A stretch of 58,802 nt of DNA, counting the filler, from Sphacelaria rigidula (taxonomy: Eukaryota): NCBI GenBank assembly GCA_964200075.2. It is 7 parts of 7 records of this genome, joined end to end, with 100 filler letters (N's around TTAATTAATTAA, not from the genome) between each part and the next. Parts side by side here need not be neighbours in the genome. Positions count along the whole stretch, not along the records: positions 25,246 to 33,560 come from CAXNAA020011557.1; positions 33,661 to 41,975 come from CAXNAA020011558.1; 5 more parts are not named here. One strand, written 5' to 3'. Below are positions 25,998 to 37,623 of this stretch, piece after piece (within the stretch, counting starts at the first letter, position 1; the number at the start of each line of letters is the position of its first letter). A program made the translations under genes and the position numbers. The notes under the pieces were generated by a model. It worked only from the letters and a program-made list of their open reading frames with translations. It was not told the origin of the DNA and searched no databases.

Positions 25998-27246
25998 CGT
26001 CCTGTATGCTTCGGCCATCTCCTGCGCGGTGACCTCTGACTTCTTCGTCCTCTCCTTAATGCCCTTTATGTTCTCAGCGTGGAGGTACAAAGTGTCGTAC
26101 GTTGATCGCGCGGTTATGGTCTCGGTGGCATCATTGAGTACTGCCGAACGCCGCACGATCATGACAGCATAAACAAGATGTGCAAGCAGGGGGTGCGGGG
26201 GAAAAGGGACCAGCAAACGTAACTTATTAGTATGGCGGTGGAAGCCGGTCTAAAGCCAGATTCATGTCCGAAAAGGAAGTAGTGACAAGATTGACACCTG
26301 CGCAGATCTATGCTGTGCGGGCATGCGATACATATCCCTGCGGTGCTCAGTTGCAGGGTGCCTCAATATCGTGCGGGGGATTAGCAAACATGTACGTGCT
26401 CGAACCCTATTCATGATCACATGGGCTGCGCCAAATTTTGAGCGTGAAACAAACGAATCTCGCCAGGAAATATTGCTCTCCTACTTCTTTTTGGGGAGGC
26501 CGTTCCGTGTGTGTAACAACCAGGGCGATTACAGCCGCAGAGTTGTTCTCCTCGACCTTCAGAATGCGGGGCATGTGGTTAAAAACAAAAGATGGCACAT
26601 AAGTAGACAGCACAACGCGCCACTGCAGCACATGAAACTTGAGACATTGCTACCAAAACTGGTACTTGCTGCGAGGCGGCGAGCGCATGTGGGGTATCTG
26701 TGTCACATGTTGAGATCGATGGTGAATACCGCCTACTGTTAAATGCTGCACGCACGCCACAAACCGTTCGTCGATTCGCAACAAGCGGGTATACAAGCGG
26801 GAACATAGGCACGCGGCAAACGTAGAATCGCCCAAGACCCTCATGGCAGCAGCATCGAACGCGTAGTGCACACGGCAGCGTAATCTCGTCTCTCCGCTCA
26901 TGATCTTCTTGGCCGCTGCGAGTCGATGGTTTCCGTCAAGTACTTTGTAGACGGCTGTCGGAATGCAGTCCTCGGTGAACTCGCCGTTCGGCAGCCCTTC
27001 CCTGTCCACGACTAGCGCAGGCTCGGCGTGCGGGAGCCATCCCTTCTCCGTGATGGACTCCACCATCACATCTAAACCTCTACTGTTCAGCGGGCGCGTG
27101 AACGCCGTCAGCCTTATTTGGCTAAGAGGCACGTCGAAGCAAGCGATGAAGTTCCGGGTTAGACTGTTCGCGAGGGTTCCCTGGCTATTGTGACCCCGCT
27201 TTTCGGGCCCAGCACCCCCCCGCACATCAGCCACGGCCCCAGACAT
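25998..27246 (-). pseudogene. ParB/Sulfiredoxin-domain gene (exons 27246-26826 and 26140-25998)
   Basis: VPLSQIR...RPLNSRGLDVMVESITEKGW...YKVLDGNHRLAAAK is the ParB-N/Srx signature. The exons join in phase (GAT T|TA CTC AAT), but donor 1 reads CTACGT instead of GTACGT. Exon 2 ends at ACG|GTGCGT. Confidence 0.75.
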
Positions 27247-27922
27247 TCCACCGTCGGCACCGGATGTGAATAACCGATGGCGGTTTGTGTTGCTATATTG
27301 AAGCGGAGGGCGGTGTGTATGGACGGAGGTGGGATTGCAGGCGCGGCAATTTGGGAAGATACGGTATCGCCATTTGTGTTCCGTTTCGTAGCGCAGGTAA
27401 CCCGTTATTTACCGCGCCGACATGCGCGATATGTCAGTGGCATCTCACTGCGGGAAAACTGATTGTGGCATGTGGACACGCGCATTTCATGTGTGACGAC
27501 GAGCTTTTTTGGTTATCTCATCGACCACGTCTCCGCCTCTTGGAACGCGGCTTCGCAACGTTCTTTTTTGCGGACTAATCACCCGTGCATACACGTGGGG
27601 TCCCGGTGCGGGCATGGAGCGATGTGCGAGGAGTACAAACGGAACACGAAAACGGAATAAAATTTTCGGATCAGAAAACCCGCGCAATGCCACTGTTTGC
27701 GATTACTACAACCGCTCATTTGAATGAAGGGGTACTATGCATCGTGCACGGATATTCAACGGAGATTTAGGAAGCTCATCCGACCGTTGTGAACTTTCAT
27801 CCGAGAAGATACGCTGGACGCCTTCCGGGCGCCGACGGGCAGACAAGTCGGGCGTGAGCAGCAGTTTTCAAACGACACACTGTCTGCCCGCAGCGAACAA
27901 GCCCACCTCGCAGCACTGCAAC

Positions 27923-30353
27923 ATGAGCGCGTACGTGGCAAGTCGGGTTGTGTTCGCTCAACGTGAATGTCAGCGGCCAGGGAAACCCTCACCTGGAGGT
28001 GGTGATGTCCCCTCTCCCGCAGGTCTGAGCCCATGCCCCCTTCAGACCATGAGTCCAAACACCCCACCTTTCCATGGCTCCCCTACAGCACCCTACATCG
28101 GGGCAGTATAGCCCGAGACTCGGGAAGCCGATCCCTTCAGAACGATTCTAAGAGCACGACACGGCCGGCTACTACCGACGTAACAGACATGATGCAGATG
28201 TCATTTCAGTGCTGCAAGACACTGAAGTGTCTTGAGGGTTTTGTTTGCGGTGCCCGTGATATCGTCGTACTGCGCGCAGAGCAATCAGAGTTTGCGAAAC
28301 TGAGGTCATGCCGCGCGCGGCTCGACTGGGCGCGTCGACAGGTGCCGCTTGTGAAGGTCAGAAAAAATTGGGGATCCATGTTAGCGGCGAACGAGTTGGT
28401 TTGTAATTCGTTTTTCACCCTTGCGTTCCGAGTGTCGCACAACACCATCGAGTCCGCGAAGAGGAACCCACGGTCTTCGGTAGTCCTCAACGGGTATGTC
28501 GTGCCATGACTTACAGTGTTCTGCGGGATCGAGACCAACTACTCAGGCTGTACCCGTCGCCCGTGCTCGTTGTGCACTTTAATTGTTACACAGATCACGC
28601 GGGGTCGTGCGTGTATGTATGGGTGTGTGCACGGGTGTTTATCGTCCCATCTATTCTGGAGGCCTGCACGCCGGTGTACACCTTTCGGTGTATCTGGGTG
28701 TACCTGCCGGGGGGTGCACAGGGGAAAGGTCAACACAGGAGCTTTTTCTTGTTTTTGTTTTGAGCACTGTACTCCGCCGTCGTTCTGCGGTGCTCACCTT
28801 TCGTTGTTGACCGGAACAGGGGTCATGTCTAAAAATGGATACATTGTTTCCAGTGCTGGTCGATGTTCATGTGGCCGGCATGCTTTCATGAGTTCAGTTG
28901 GGTCGCAGCGCGTACACCGACCCATCATGGCGGCGTGCAGCTCCTCACAAAAGTGCACAGCTTCTGCAGTCAGCACAAGTTCACGGCGAAGCAATGGAGT
29001 CGCGGTGTCACTAATCTATTCCGAACGCCAGCGCAGTGTAGCAAACGTCACCGTGTAGCGCTTGCATCATTTGAACGCATGGGATTTTAATTTGAAACCC
29101 CCACAACCTATCGCACAGGCACCTATCCCGCACGTCGACATCGCCGTGCCAACAGCACCCTCTCTTGAAGCCCATACAGACAGACCATGAGTGCATGACA
29201 ACGGCGCAGCCCACATTATACCGAGTTTCGATCGACCGCGTGCCGTGACGATTCTGATTCCACGTTCCTCCGCACTGTCCAACCGCCTACCACCTCGATC
29301 CATCGGCGTTTCTCCGACGACGTGTTCGACATGCAGGGCTGATAGCTCACAGGTACGCAGCCGACACGAGCACGTCGTGGCGTTTTTCGACCACTTCGCC
29401 GCAAGTTTCGGACAGCACATGCCCCATAAAGACGCCGTACCTCTACCTTCGAAGCAAGAAGGTGGGTTGTCCTGGTGTTCAACATCAAGTGCGAAGCAAT
29501 GCATGGTGCCACCTGTCAAGGACTTTGTACTAGGCCCAAACATTTCGTCTTCGATCAAGCTATGAACACACCGACGTCTACCTTACTTCATGTTAGGCTG
29601 ATATACATTGCACCTGCAAGGCTCTCGTTGACTCTTCCGCTCGATCGCCACGCTCGATGCTCCGCACGTCTCTCACCCGGGCCAGTCACATTGCAGCTCC
29701 TTCCCCCGGCGAGCGTGCGTAGCAGTACAACGACGGTTTTTTGCACTCATTTTCGTATTAATGCAGCCCCGTCAGACCTGCAGTCGAGGGGCCTCGCCGT
29801 ATCACGTCGCTGTCATCATGAGAACGATGTACATGTGCCCCCGGTTTTTTAATCTTCTCAACCCCACGTTGATTGGAGAACAGGTATCTGTTACCCGATA
29901 TTCGTTGACGTCATATGATGGACGGATTGTCGATGCGGGGATCATCACACGAATATATTGATGGCCAAGATCGGGCTTGCGCCGGTCATCCTGGTATATA
30001 GTACCAGGATACTATCATAAGATGTACAACGGGGGTGTCAACGCCGTCGGTACAACCCTACCTCTACCGATGACAAATCATCCCTTGTCGGGTTTATGGT
30101 CGGCACGTCCCGCAGGAGCTGTATACACTTTACAAAGGACAGGAGGCGGGAGGACTAGTTGCGAGCGAAGCTTTCTTTTATCGCGTTTGGCGAGAGGCAC
30201 GACCCAACCTGCAGCCCAAGGTCGGCTCGACGTTCATGAAATGCCACGCCCTTACCGTGTACAAAGACACCCTGAACGGCACTCCTGGTGTCAGGGCGAC
30301 AGGATCCCACCATCGTCGAGGCGGTTAAAGCTGAGCAGAAGGAACATCTGGAG
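27923..30353 (+). pseudogene. Sola-type DNA transposase, N-terminal half (exons ~27923-28493, 29337-29461, 30116-30353)
   Basis: The spliced product reads CCKTLKC...VCNSFF...FRVSHNTI / VAFFDHFAASFGQHMPHKDAVPLP / ELYTLY...SEAFFYRVWREARPNL...FMKC...HLE. This is the motif order I recognise from Sola-like transposase N-termini. Frameshifts are present and no DDE core was found. Confidence 0.6.
28605..28805 (-). mobile_element. SINE 3' fragment (same family as 985-1366) in the transposase intron
   Basis: Shared gtcccatctattctgg...aaggtcaacacaggagc...ctgcggtgct next to a TG-rich end. Confidence 0.7.
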
Positions 30354-33300
30354 GTGAGGGGATACTGTGGGCATCGCATGTTCTTGCAGCAATGCCTCGT
30401 GTGAAAATTATTCCATTTTCATGCACTCGTAGTTGATTCGTGCCGCACGAAAGCACCCTCAACCTTTGCTTTTAGGGTTGCAGCCAAGGTACACTGAGTC
30501 CAGGCACATGAAATGGCGCAAAATCACCTCGGCAAAATTTGGGTCGGAACCTTTGTTTGGTTTGGTTTTGGACTTGAAGCACGCTGCGGAAGCGAACATA
30601 AACCGCCGGATCCTTGGCTTCATGCAAGGTGATCATGAATCAATCGTAGCAAACCCAAGTGAGTCAAATCACTACGGTTCGGCACCCCAAGACCAGAACA
30701 AGCACAGCCGAGGACGTTTTCGCGAAAAACCCCGCGAGAGGAATAACTTGGGGCAAAAGACCGAGGCGTGGGAGGGGGGGCAGTTGCGACGAACCTCAAA
30801 CTCTTCACCCGTCTGCGACCGCAGCAACCATTGCAACGGCCGCACTAGTGTGACTAAGGGGGTGTCGCCGGAGGGTCCGCGCTATTTATTTGGCGTGATG
30901 ATTTTTACTTGCTTGCTGGAATCATGTTGAATCATCAAAGAACTGTTGTTATTGATGAACAAATTAAAAGCAACACTCAACACTGCTGAAACCACTGCAC
31001 ACCATCCAAGTTTATTCATGAAACACACGACCGAACCAAGCACGGCTCGTGCGAATTGTTTCGACAACGTCTTGCTGAGCAGGTGACGCCCGAAAGGGTG
31101 ATAAACACTTGTCTCGTTTGAGATCCCAAGGATCGTTGCAGTTGCTTGGCGGTATTTTCTGCCACGCAACCACGCGCGACGCACGTATCATCACCGAACG
31201 GCCGGCATCTTTTTCCTGCGCCCGCTCCAACAAATCGTATGTCCAAACGCTTCGGTTTTGGGCTGCTCGGGTGCAGGCCAGCATCCTTGACGCAAAGACA
31301 CCGTTCAATTCCGTGTTGTGGTTCCGGAACAGGAGGAAAATGTTTTAGGACACTATTTTCCGATATGTTGTAGGGCTTTGAACTGGACCAGTTTGCATTG
31401 GCAATTAAAAAGTGTTTCACTGGCACTGGTGACGAGGACTCCGCTTTCTCGAGTTTATTTGAAGTTTCCGGCTGTGATTAAACCATATTTAGTATGGTTC
31501 GTTTACAACAAAGATACTCACATGATTACGAACAACAATGACGATAGGACTGCACCCGACAACAGCACAGGTACACACAGTACAGTACAGAACTCGTGGT
31601 CACTGGACCTTGAAGTGATATTGGGGGTATATGCCAGGCTGCTCGTTTCATAGCACGACATACATCTGGGGTTTAAAATAGCACACAAACGGTTATCCGA
31701 GGCCACAACATACCAAGTACCCCATGGCTTGCAATCCAACCGCATGCGTGATTGTGGGTCCGTACGTCAATCATTTTGCGCTGTTATCTCCGCGTGTTGC
31801 CAGCCTCGGGTTGTTTGCATCAACTTCTCCTCACTGAGAGTCTGCTGTTGCATAATACAGATGCTTCCGATGGGATTTGAATGCCATCTGACAGTGCCCT
31901 CCCCCCCCAAAAAAACATCCGAGACCCTATGCCCCTTGTTTGAATCCCGGAGTCTTGGCGGGGGGAGGGGGGGGGGGGGGGCACTAAATTTAATACGGGA
32001 TGAAATAAATGAGGAACAGACGAATTAAAATAAAATAGATGGGCAGTATATAAAGCTTCAAATTCGTGTTCATCATGAAGCTTTATTTTTTTCGATTAGC
32101 TTCGGAGCCAAGTGAGGCCAAGTGATATATATTCTGTGCGTCCCCCCCCCTCTCCCCCCCCGCTGCCGGAACGAGCCTGGCTCTGTCTTCTTGTCTATTG
32201 TATTCCCCTTTTTTTTTTACATCCTATTATCATTATTTTTTTTCGTTCTATCATTATTTTTCTTGTCCTTTCTTCCATTTTTCTCTCATTTTTTTCATGT
32301 TTCTCGTTTTTGTTTCTGATAACGAGCTGCAGTGTTACTATTAGCTACGTAATGCACGATCATCATCATTTTTGTCTTTGTTCGTGCCTGTGTTTGTCGT
32401 TATTTTGTTGTTACAGCTGTTCGTTCCTGTTATTGTTTGGTGGTGGTGTTTGTTGTGGTGGTGGCGATATTTTTGTTGTAGTTATCGCTGCCCCCTTTCT
32501 TTCCTTTCTGAGGCCGTTGCTTCTGTCGTTTTTCTGTTCCTTTCTTGCGTTAATGTTTTTTTATTATTATTCTGCTCTATTTTTGCTGCTCCCGACCACG
32601 GGCTGGATTGTTACAATCAGCTAATGCGAGATAATCAATGAAATGAACCAATCAATCAATCAATATTCGTGGGTTTCGGCGATACGTCGCACATCACACT
32701 TCCACGACAACAAGACCAGTCGAATTCCACAAAGGAAAAAGGGGCCCAAGTAGGCTAGACGCAACCAGCTGCATAGTCGACTTGCACCCAATGTATGTCG
32801 CAGGTTTTGGTGGCAGATACGGCCAACAGTCATGGGCGCCACGTCACGGAAGTCGCCCCGAAATGGCTATTTATTGAGTGTTCCCCCATGAAAAAAAAAA
32901 GAATCATAGGACCGCCGCAGGGGGGAGAGGACGTCGGATTTCGGATAGTTTTTTGTCGGACACTCCTGTGTCACCCTAGACGTTTGGCTCTTCAATGCGA
33001 GGGGCCACATTCCGTACATTTTTCCACATTATTGACAAAAAAAACAGCTGAATACCGCAATTTTTCTCGCCTGCGGGGGTGCTCCCGCAGGACCCCCTCA
33101 CCAGCCGGGGAGGGCCGTTGGCAGCTGGCGGCGTCACCGCTCGCCGATGATGTTTTCCCGTCAATCGGCGAAGCCGATTAACTGGTAAACAATCGATGTA
33201 CTGGGCGCGCCAGCGGCCAGTTTGAAGTTAACTGGCCAGAGCAGTCAGCGCACGGCCCCAGTTTATTGTCTTTCTCGACCGCCCGTGGGGGAGGGGGTGG

Positions 33301-33660
33301 GGCGCGGAGTGCATGACGAGGTACACTCTGCAAGGCCCCTCGCTTCGTGCGATAGACGGGTCTGCTTCGACGTGTGGTGACAGTGTTCGTACCGTTCGAA
33401 CTGCGTACCTTGTAGTTTGGAGAATGTTCTGCTCACCTGTCGCAAGGCGTTCAAGCCGTTGGCCATACCCAACCCTGAAGCTGACAACACAAGCGTGTAC
33501 GAGGGGTCGGAGTATAAAATAACTTGTAGTCCACCGAAAGTGTCGTCGCACCCGCCCAATNNNNNNNNNNNNNNNNNNNNNNNNNNNNNNNNNNNNNNNN
33601 NNNNTTAATTAATTAANNNNNNNNNNNNNNNNNNNNNNNNNNNNNNNNNNNNNNNNNNNN

Positions 33661-33776
33661 ATTGATCTACAACAAGCTTGTTCGAACAACAGTTGCTGCT
33701 TTCAACGACGAACTGACTCGAAACTTCGAGCAACAAATGGCCCAGAATACCCCTCCCCCCTATCGTAGGATGACTC
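33661..33776 (-). mobile_element. End of GAG...CTC MITE family
   Basis: Reverse-complement match to 39874-39990, ending ccccctatcgtaggatgactc. Confidence 0.8.
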
Positions 33777-33784
33777 TATAGATA

Positions 33785-33980
33785 TTAAATCTCAGATGGA
33801 AATCTCAGGTGGATCTGAAATCCCGGATGGATATCGCTAGATGGATACCCTAGGTGGATACTCAGATATACATACATGTCCCGTGTGGATATCCGAATGG
33901 AAAACGATGTCTCACATCGGCATTCCAGATGGATATCTCAGACGGGTCTGAAATACCCCCCAGGGGAATATTTTCCCAGA
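33785..33980. repeat. Degenerate GGATATC/CAGATGG-rich repeat (also ~36270-36600 and 36850-36920)
   Basis: Recurrent ggatatc, cagatgg and ccacat motifs in both orientations. Confidence 0.5.
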
Positions 33981-35139
33981 TAGCTGTCGCACAAAAGTAC
34001 AAGCCTCCTCTCGATTACTTATGTCCTCTCATGAACGGTTAGATTCCCTTCCCCTTGTCTTTGTGCGGCTTCTTCTTTAGCTGACATCACCAGCAAGTCA
34101 CGTAATGACCACTCAGTGGGAAACTTTCCACTTGGAGCTCAGTTTGCTTCCGTTGCAGGGGGGGCTAGATATTTAGAAAATTGGCGCCTCTAGCTGAAAC
34201 GTTGCATCCCGAAATTGGCCGCAAAAACGCCCGAATCGCAGCGGAAATCACCCGATCGCGGTTACCTCCGCCTTTTCTCCATGAAGATCTTAATACGCAC
34301 TATGTACGTGGGGCAGCGTCTCAGCACAAAAAAGATGTCCCTTCTAACCTGAAATTCACCATGTTTTAGTGAAAGAAATATCCGGATACGGAAGGTACCC
34401 CGGCAGTAGGCGTACAATAGAACACAAGAGCTCTTGCTCGCAGCATCAGAAGGAAACGTTTCGTCAAGAGATGTCGAACCTGAGCCAGTGTCTCTTTCCC
34501 GAAGGCCTCGGATTTCCCGCGTGGATATCTGCGTAGCGTTTTGTACTCTCTCACATCCACCACACGTTTTGTTTCGGAAATTTTACTCGTTTGGTAAGTA
34601 GGCGTTCTGTAGATCCTCCTTTTTGTTTTCGAGAACAGCCCGGTTAAGTTTCCTCGGGGTGAAGGGAGATACACCTTTCGTGTCCTCGAATGCACATGAT
34701 TTACCACGTGTCCGTCTGACTTTGTGCACAGGTTTTAGGAGGCATACGGTCTGACTAGCGATTGCCCACGGGATCGCCTTCCTGGCTCACCGAGCTTAAA
34801 AAGACGTACTGTAGGTTGTCAACGGTACTGTCAAAGTCATTGTATATCTTTTCGTTGCAGGGCTACCTATAGAAACCATGCAGCACTGTATATCGGGGGG
34901 TGTCTCTCCAGAAGAACGGGTCGTTGTATACCCAAGCTGTGCAACCCTTCAAAGGCTCGCAGACGTGTATCTTAGGAGCAGATACAGCTGACGAGCGGGC
35001 TATGATGTAGGATATGGTTTCATGAGCATCAGAACGTCAGGGGCTTCCATCTGATCTCACCTTCGCGCTCAAATCTAAGATCTTCGGTTGTTTTTTTGCC
35101 GAGGGTTATCACGGGCCAACATTCGATAACAAAATCCCG

Positions 35140-35425
35140 CACGACTGGACGGATTCTCTTGTCCCGTCGTTTTCTCCGGGGCGGACTTCCCACTCCGTTC
35201 TGTTTTTGCGCCGTCAACGGGAAAATTTTCGTCCAGTCCCGTCGTTTTTTAGGCATCGGGAAGAGTCGCGGCTTCATGTTGTCCTCCTCTGGATTTTTTC
35301 CGGTCCCGTCTCGTCCTCACAGAAAGTTCGAAACTGTTTACCGTCGTATTTGATGCGATTCCACGTCCGCTGCTCACGGGACGTCCCGTCATCAAGAAAG
35401 GAGCTCCCGTCAAACCTCATGGGGA
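35140..35425. repeat. GACGGGA/TCCCGTC-rich MITE-like repeat (also ~37165-37500)
   Basis: Many short inverted cccgtc/gacggg motifs in both copies. Confidence 0.5.
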
Positions 35426-37623
35426 AAAGAATTGAAGAAGTATAGGGCTGCATATGATTTTTTTCCAGATGGAGAACATTGCTTACTGAAAGTGACCGAA
35501 AACAGAATATTCCAAGGTTACGTACTGTAGGTTATGCCCCGCAGTGGGGGGCTTTAGGTTGGCAAACAAAAACATGCCAGAATTTGTATCGAACGTTCCA
35601 AGGTAAGGTCGGGTAGGGTATACTCAGTTGCGGGGTACTTTGAAAGTCGCACTTAAAGTACACAAATTGGGGGTAGGGTTTTAGGGATCGCTTTCCGGTT
35701 ATTTTGGGGTACGACTCCCAACACTCTACCCTAATTTGAGTACCTCAAGTACGTCTGTAAATACCCGAATTTCAGCCGGAATAGCCTACGGAACGCGACC
35801 TTGGAGCCAGGCTTCTTGCGCCAGTCGCTGAGTCGCGCTCTACACGCTCTACCTTCACCGCACAGTGCAGCATATCATAGTGGTCGGTGACTATGTGCGC
35901 AAGTCTTGTACTGTCTGCGCCGTGCGATATGTGCTAAACAATATAGTCGCCAGTGAAGTCCATTTGAATCAATGTTCCTTGTGTGGCCACGCGGAAGACG
36001 CGGGCTTGGTTTGGATTCTCAGAACGATGGTTCAGCCGCTTGATTGGTCAATAGGACTCTCGTCTTCTATCTTTCCGAACGTGGGTGATGGCGATAAGAA
36101 CCAATAAAAATGGGCGGAATAGTACAGTACGGTGATCATTTGCATGCCGATCACATACGGGGGACAACAGTACTATGCGCGTGCTGTTTTGCTCCTATAT
36201 ATTGGGTGCTACTCAGCTGCTCGTGCTTTGTCAAATCCATATGAGCCTTGCACTGTCGCGCAATCTTCACGTAGAATATGGACGTCCACTTGGAATATCC
36301 CTCTGAGACATCAGGTCCCTCTGGGATGTCGACGTCCATCTAGGGTATCAATATCGATGTGAGATGTCCATGTGGAATGTCTCCTAGAAAAATAGTTCTG
36401 GGATATGGAAATCCCGCAGAGATATTCCAGTTGCATGTTTATATCCTGGGTGGACATTCGTATCCTGTATGGATTTCTACACTGGTGAGGGACATCCACA
36501 TACCATAGAGATGCCCACATTCCAGGGGGATATCCACATTCCGGAGGGGTTTCTACATTCCACAGGAATATTCACATCCCAGATGAAAATCCGAGATGAG
36601 CGACTGATACCGCGAATGCGCCCTCCAGAAAAGTGGCTGGTTTAAGGTGGGAAAACCTACATGTAAATCGAAATGGCAAAAGCCGAGCGCACCGAGCAGC
36701 TGGACACTTCCACGCTTGGGATCGTTTTCGCCAATGTCGCCCATATGAAACAAGTTATCATGCGCTGTATGACCGTTTTCTTCGTCACGGGTTTGAGGCT
36801 GGTTCGGGGGGGAGGGGGCTATCGCGGCATGACTCGAGCGTCAATGTCCCAGACGAATATCTATCTGAGATGGGGCGCCCCTGATGAATATCCATCTAGG
36901 ATATTCACGTCCCCGATATAGGTTGCACAGTGACGCAAGACCGTCGAGTTTCACTACCGTGTCGGATGATAGCCTCTGCTGTACATAGCGTTGTCGGGTG
37001 CCACTGTGTCACTAGTTGTTCTGAGGATGATCCGCTATGATCGTTGTTATCGCTCGCTACATTTGAACGCCAGTCATTGTTTCTTTACTGACGTGTCGAA
37101 GCATCGCAAAAAATGTATCCCTCAGCGCACACATTTTCAGGGTCTCAACACATATTTACAATCAGGTCCCGACGGTACTCGCTTCCCCGTGTGGGCGGGA
37201 GGGAAAGAGACGGGACGGCACGGGAATCTCATCGGAGGGTAATGACTTTTTTCCTAACGGCAGGATTTCCCGTGCCATTATATATCAGGGGCGCAGTTAC
37301 CGTCCAGTCCCGGCCAACCTATTCTGAAATTTTGCCATCCCCTTTTCTTTCTAGCGTAGCGCCCTTACTGTCTCGTTTGTTTCTTAATAATGGAAAACAT
37401 TCCCGTTCCGTCCCGTAACGGGTTTATGTGAATGGAACTTCTCGCCCCGTCGCGTCCCGTTCCCGCGAAGAACCCACTGATTTTTTCCTCGTCATGAATG
37501 CCCAGCTCTTAGCTAAGAGACCCATACCAAACGAAATGAGCAGTCAGTTCTGAGCGCTTTTTATTTTCCCCTTTCTCGAGTTCCCTCGCAGCCCGGAACG
37601 CTTTTATAATTTCTCTGATGCAG

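Noticed and set aside
32112-32641. Hydrophobic/Cys-rich ORFs (also 13581-14213, 23220-23449, 44290-44511)
   Set aside because: They are translations of T-rich low-complexity or microsatellite DNA.
33438-33560. Possible minus-strand exon (...LSASGLGMANGLNALRQ|gtgagc)
   Set aside because: It is short, cut by the contig edge, and cannot be assigned to a family.
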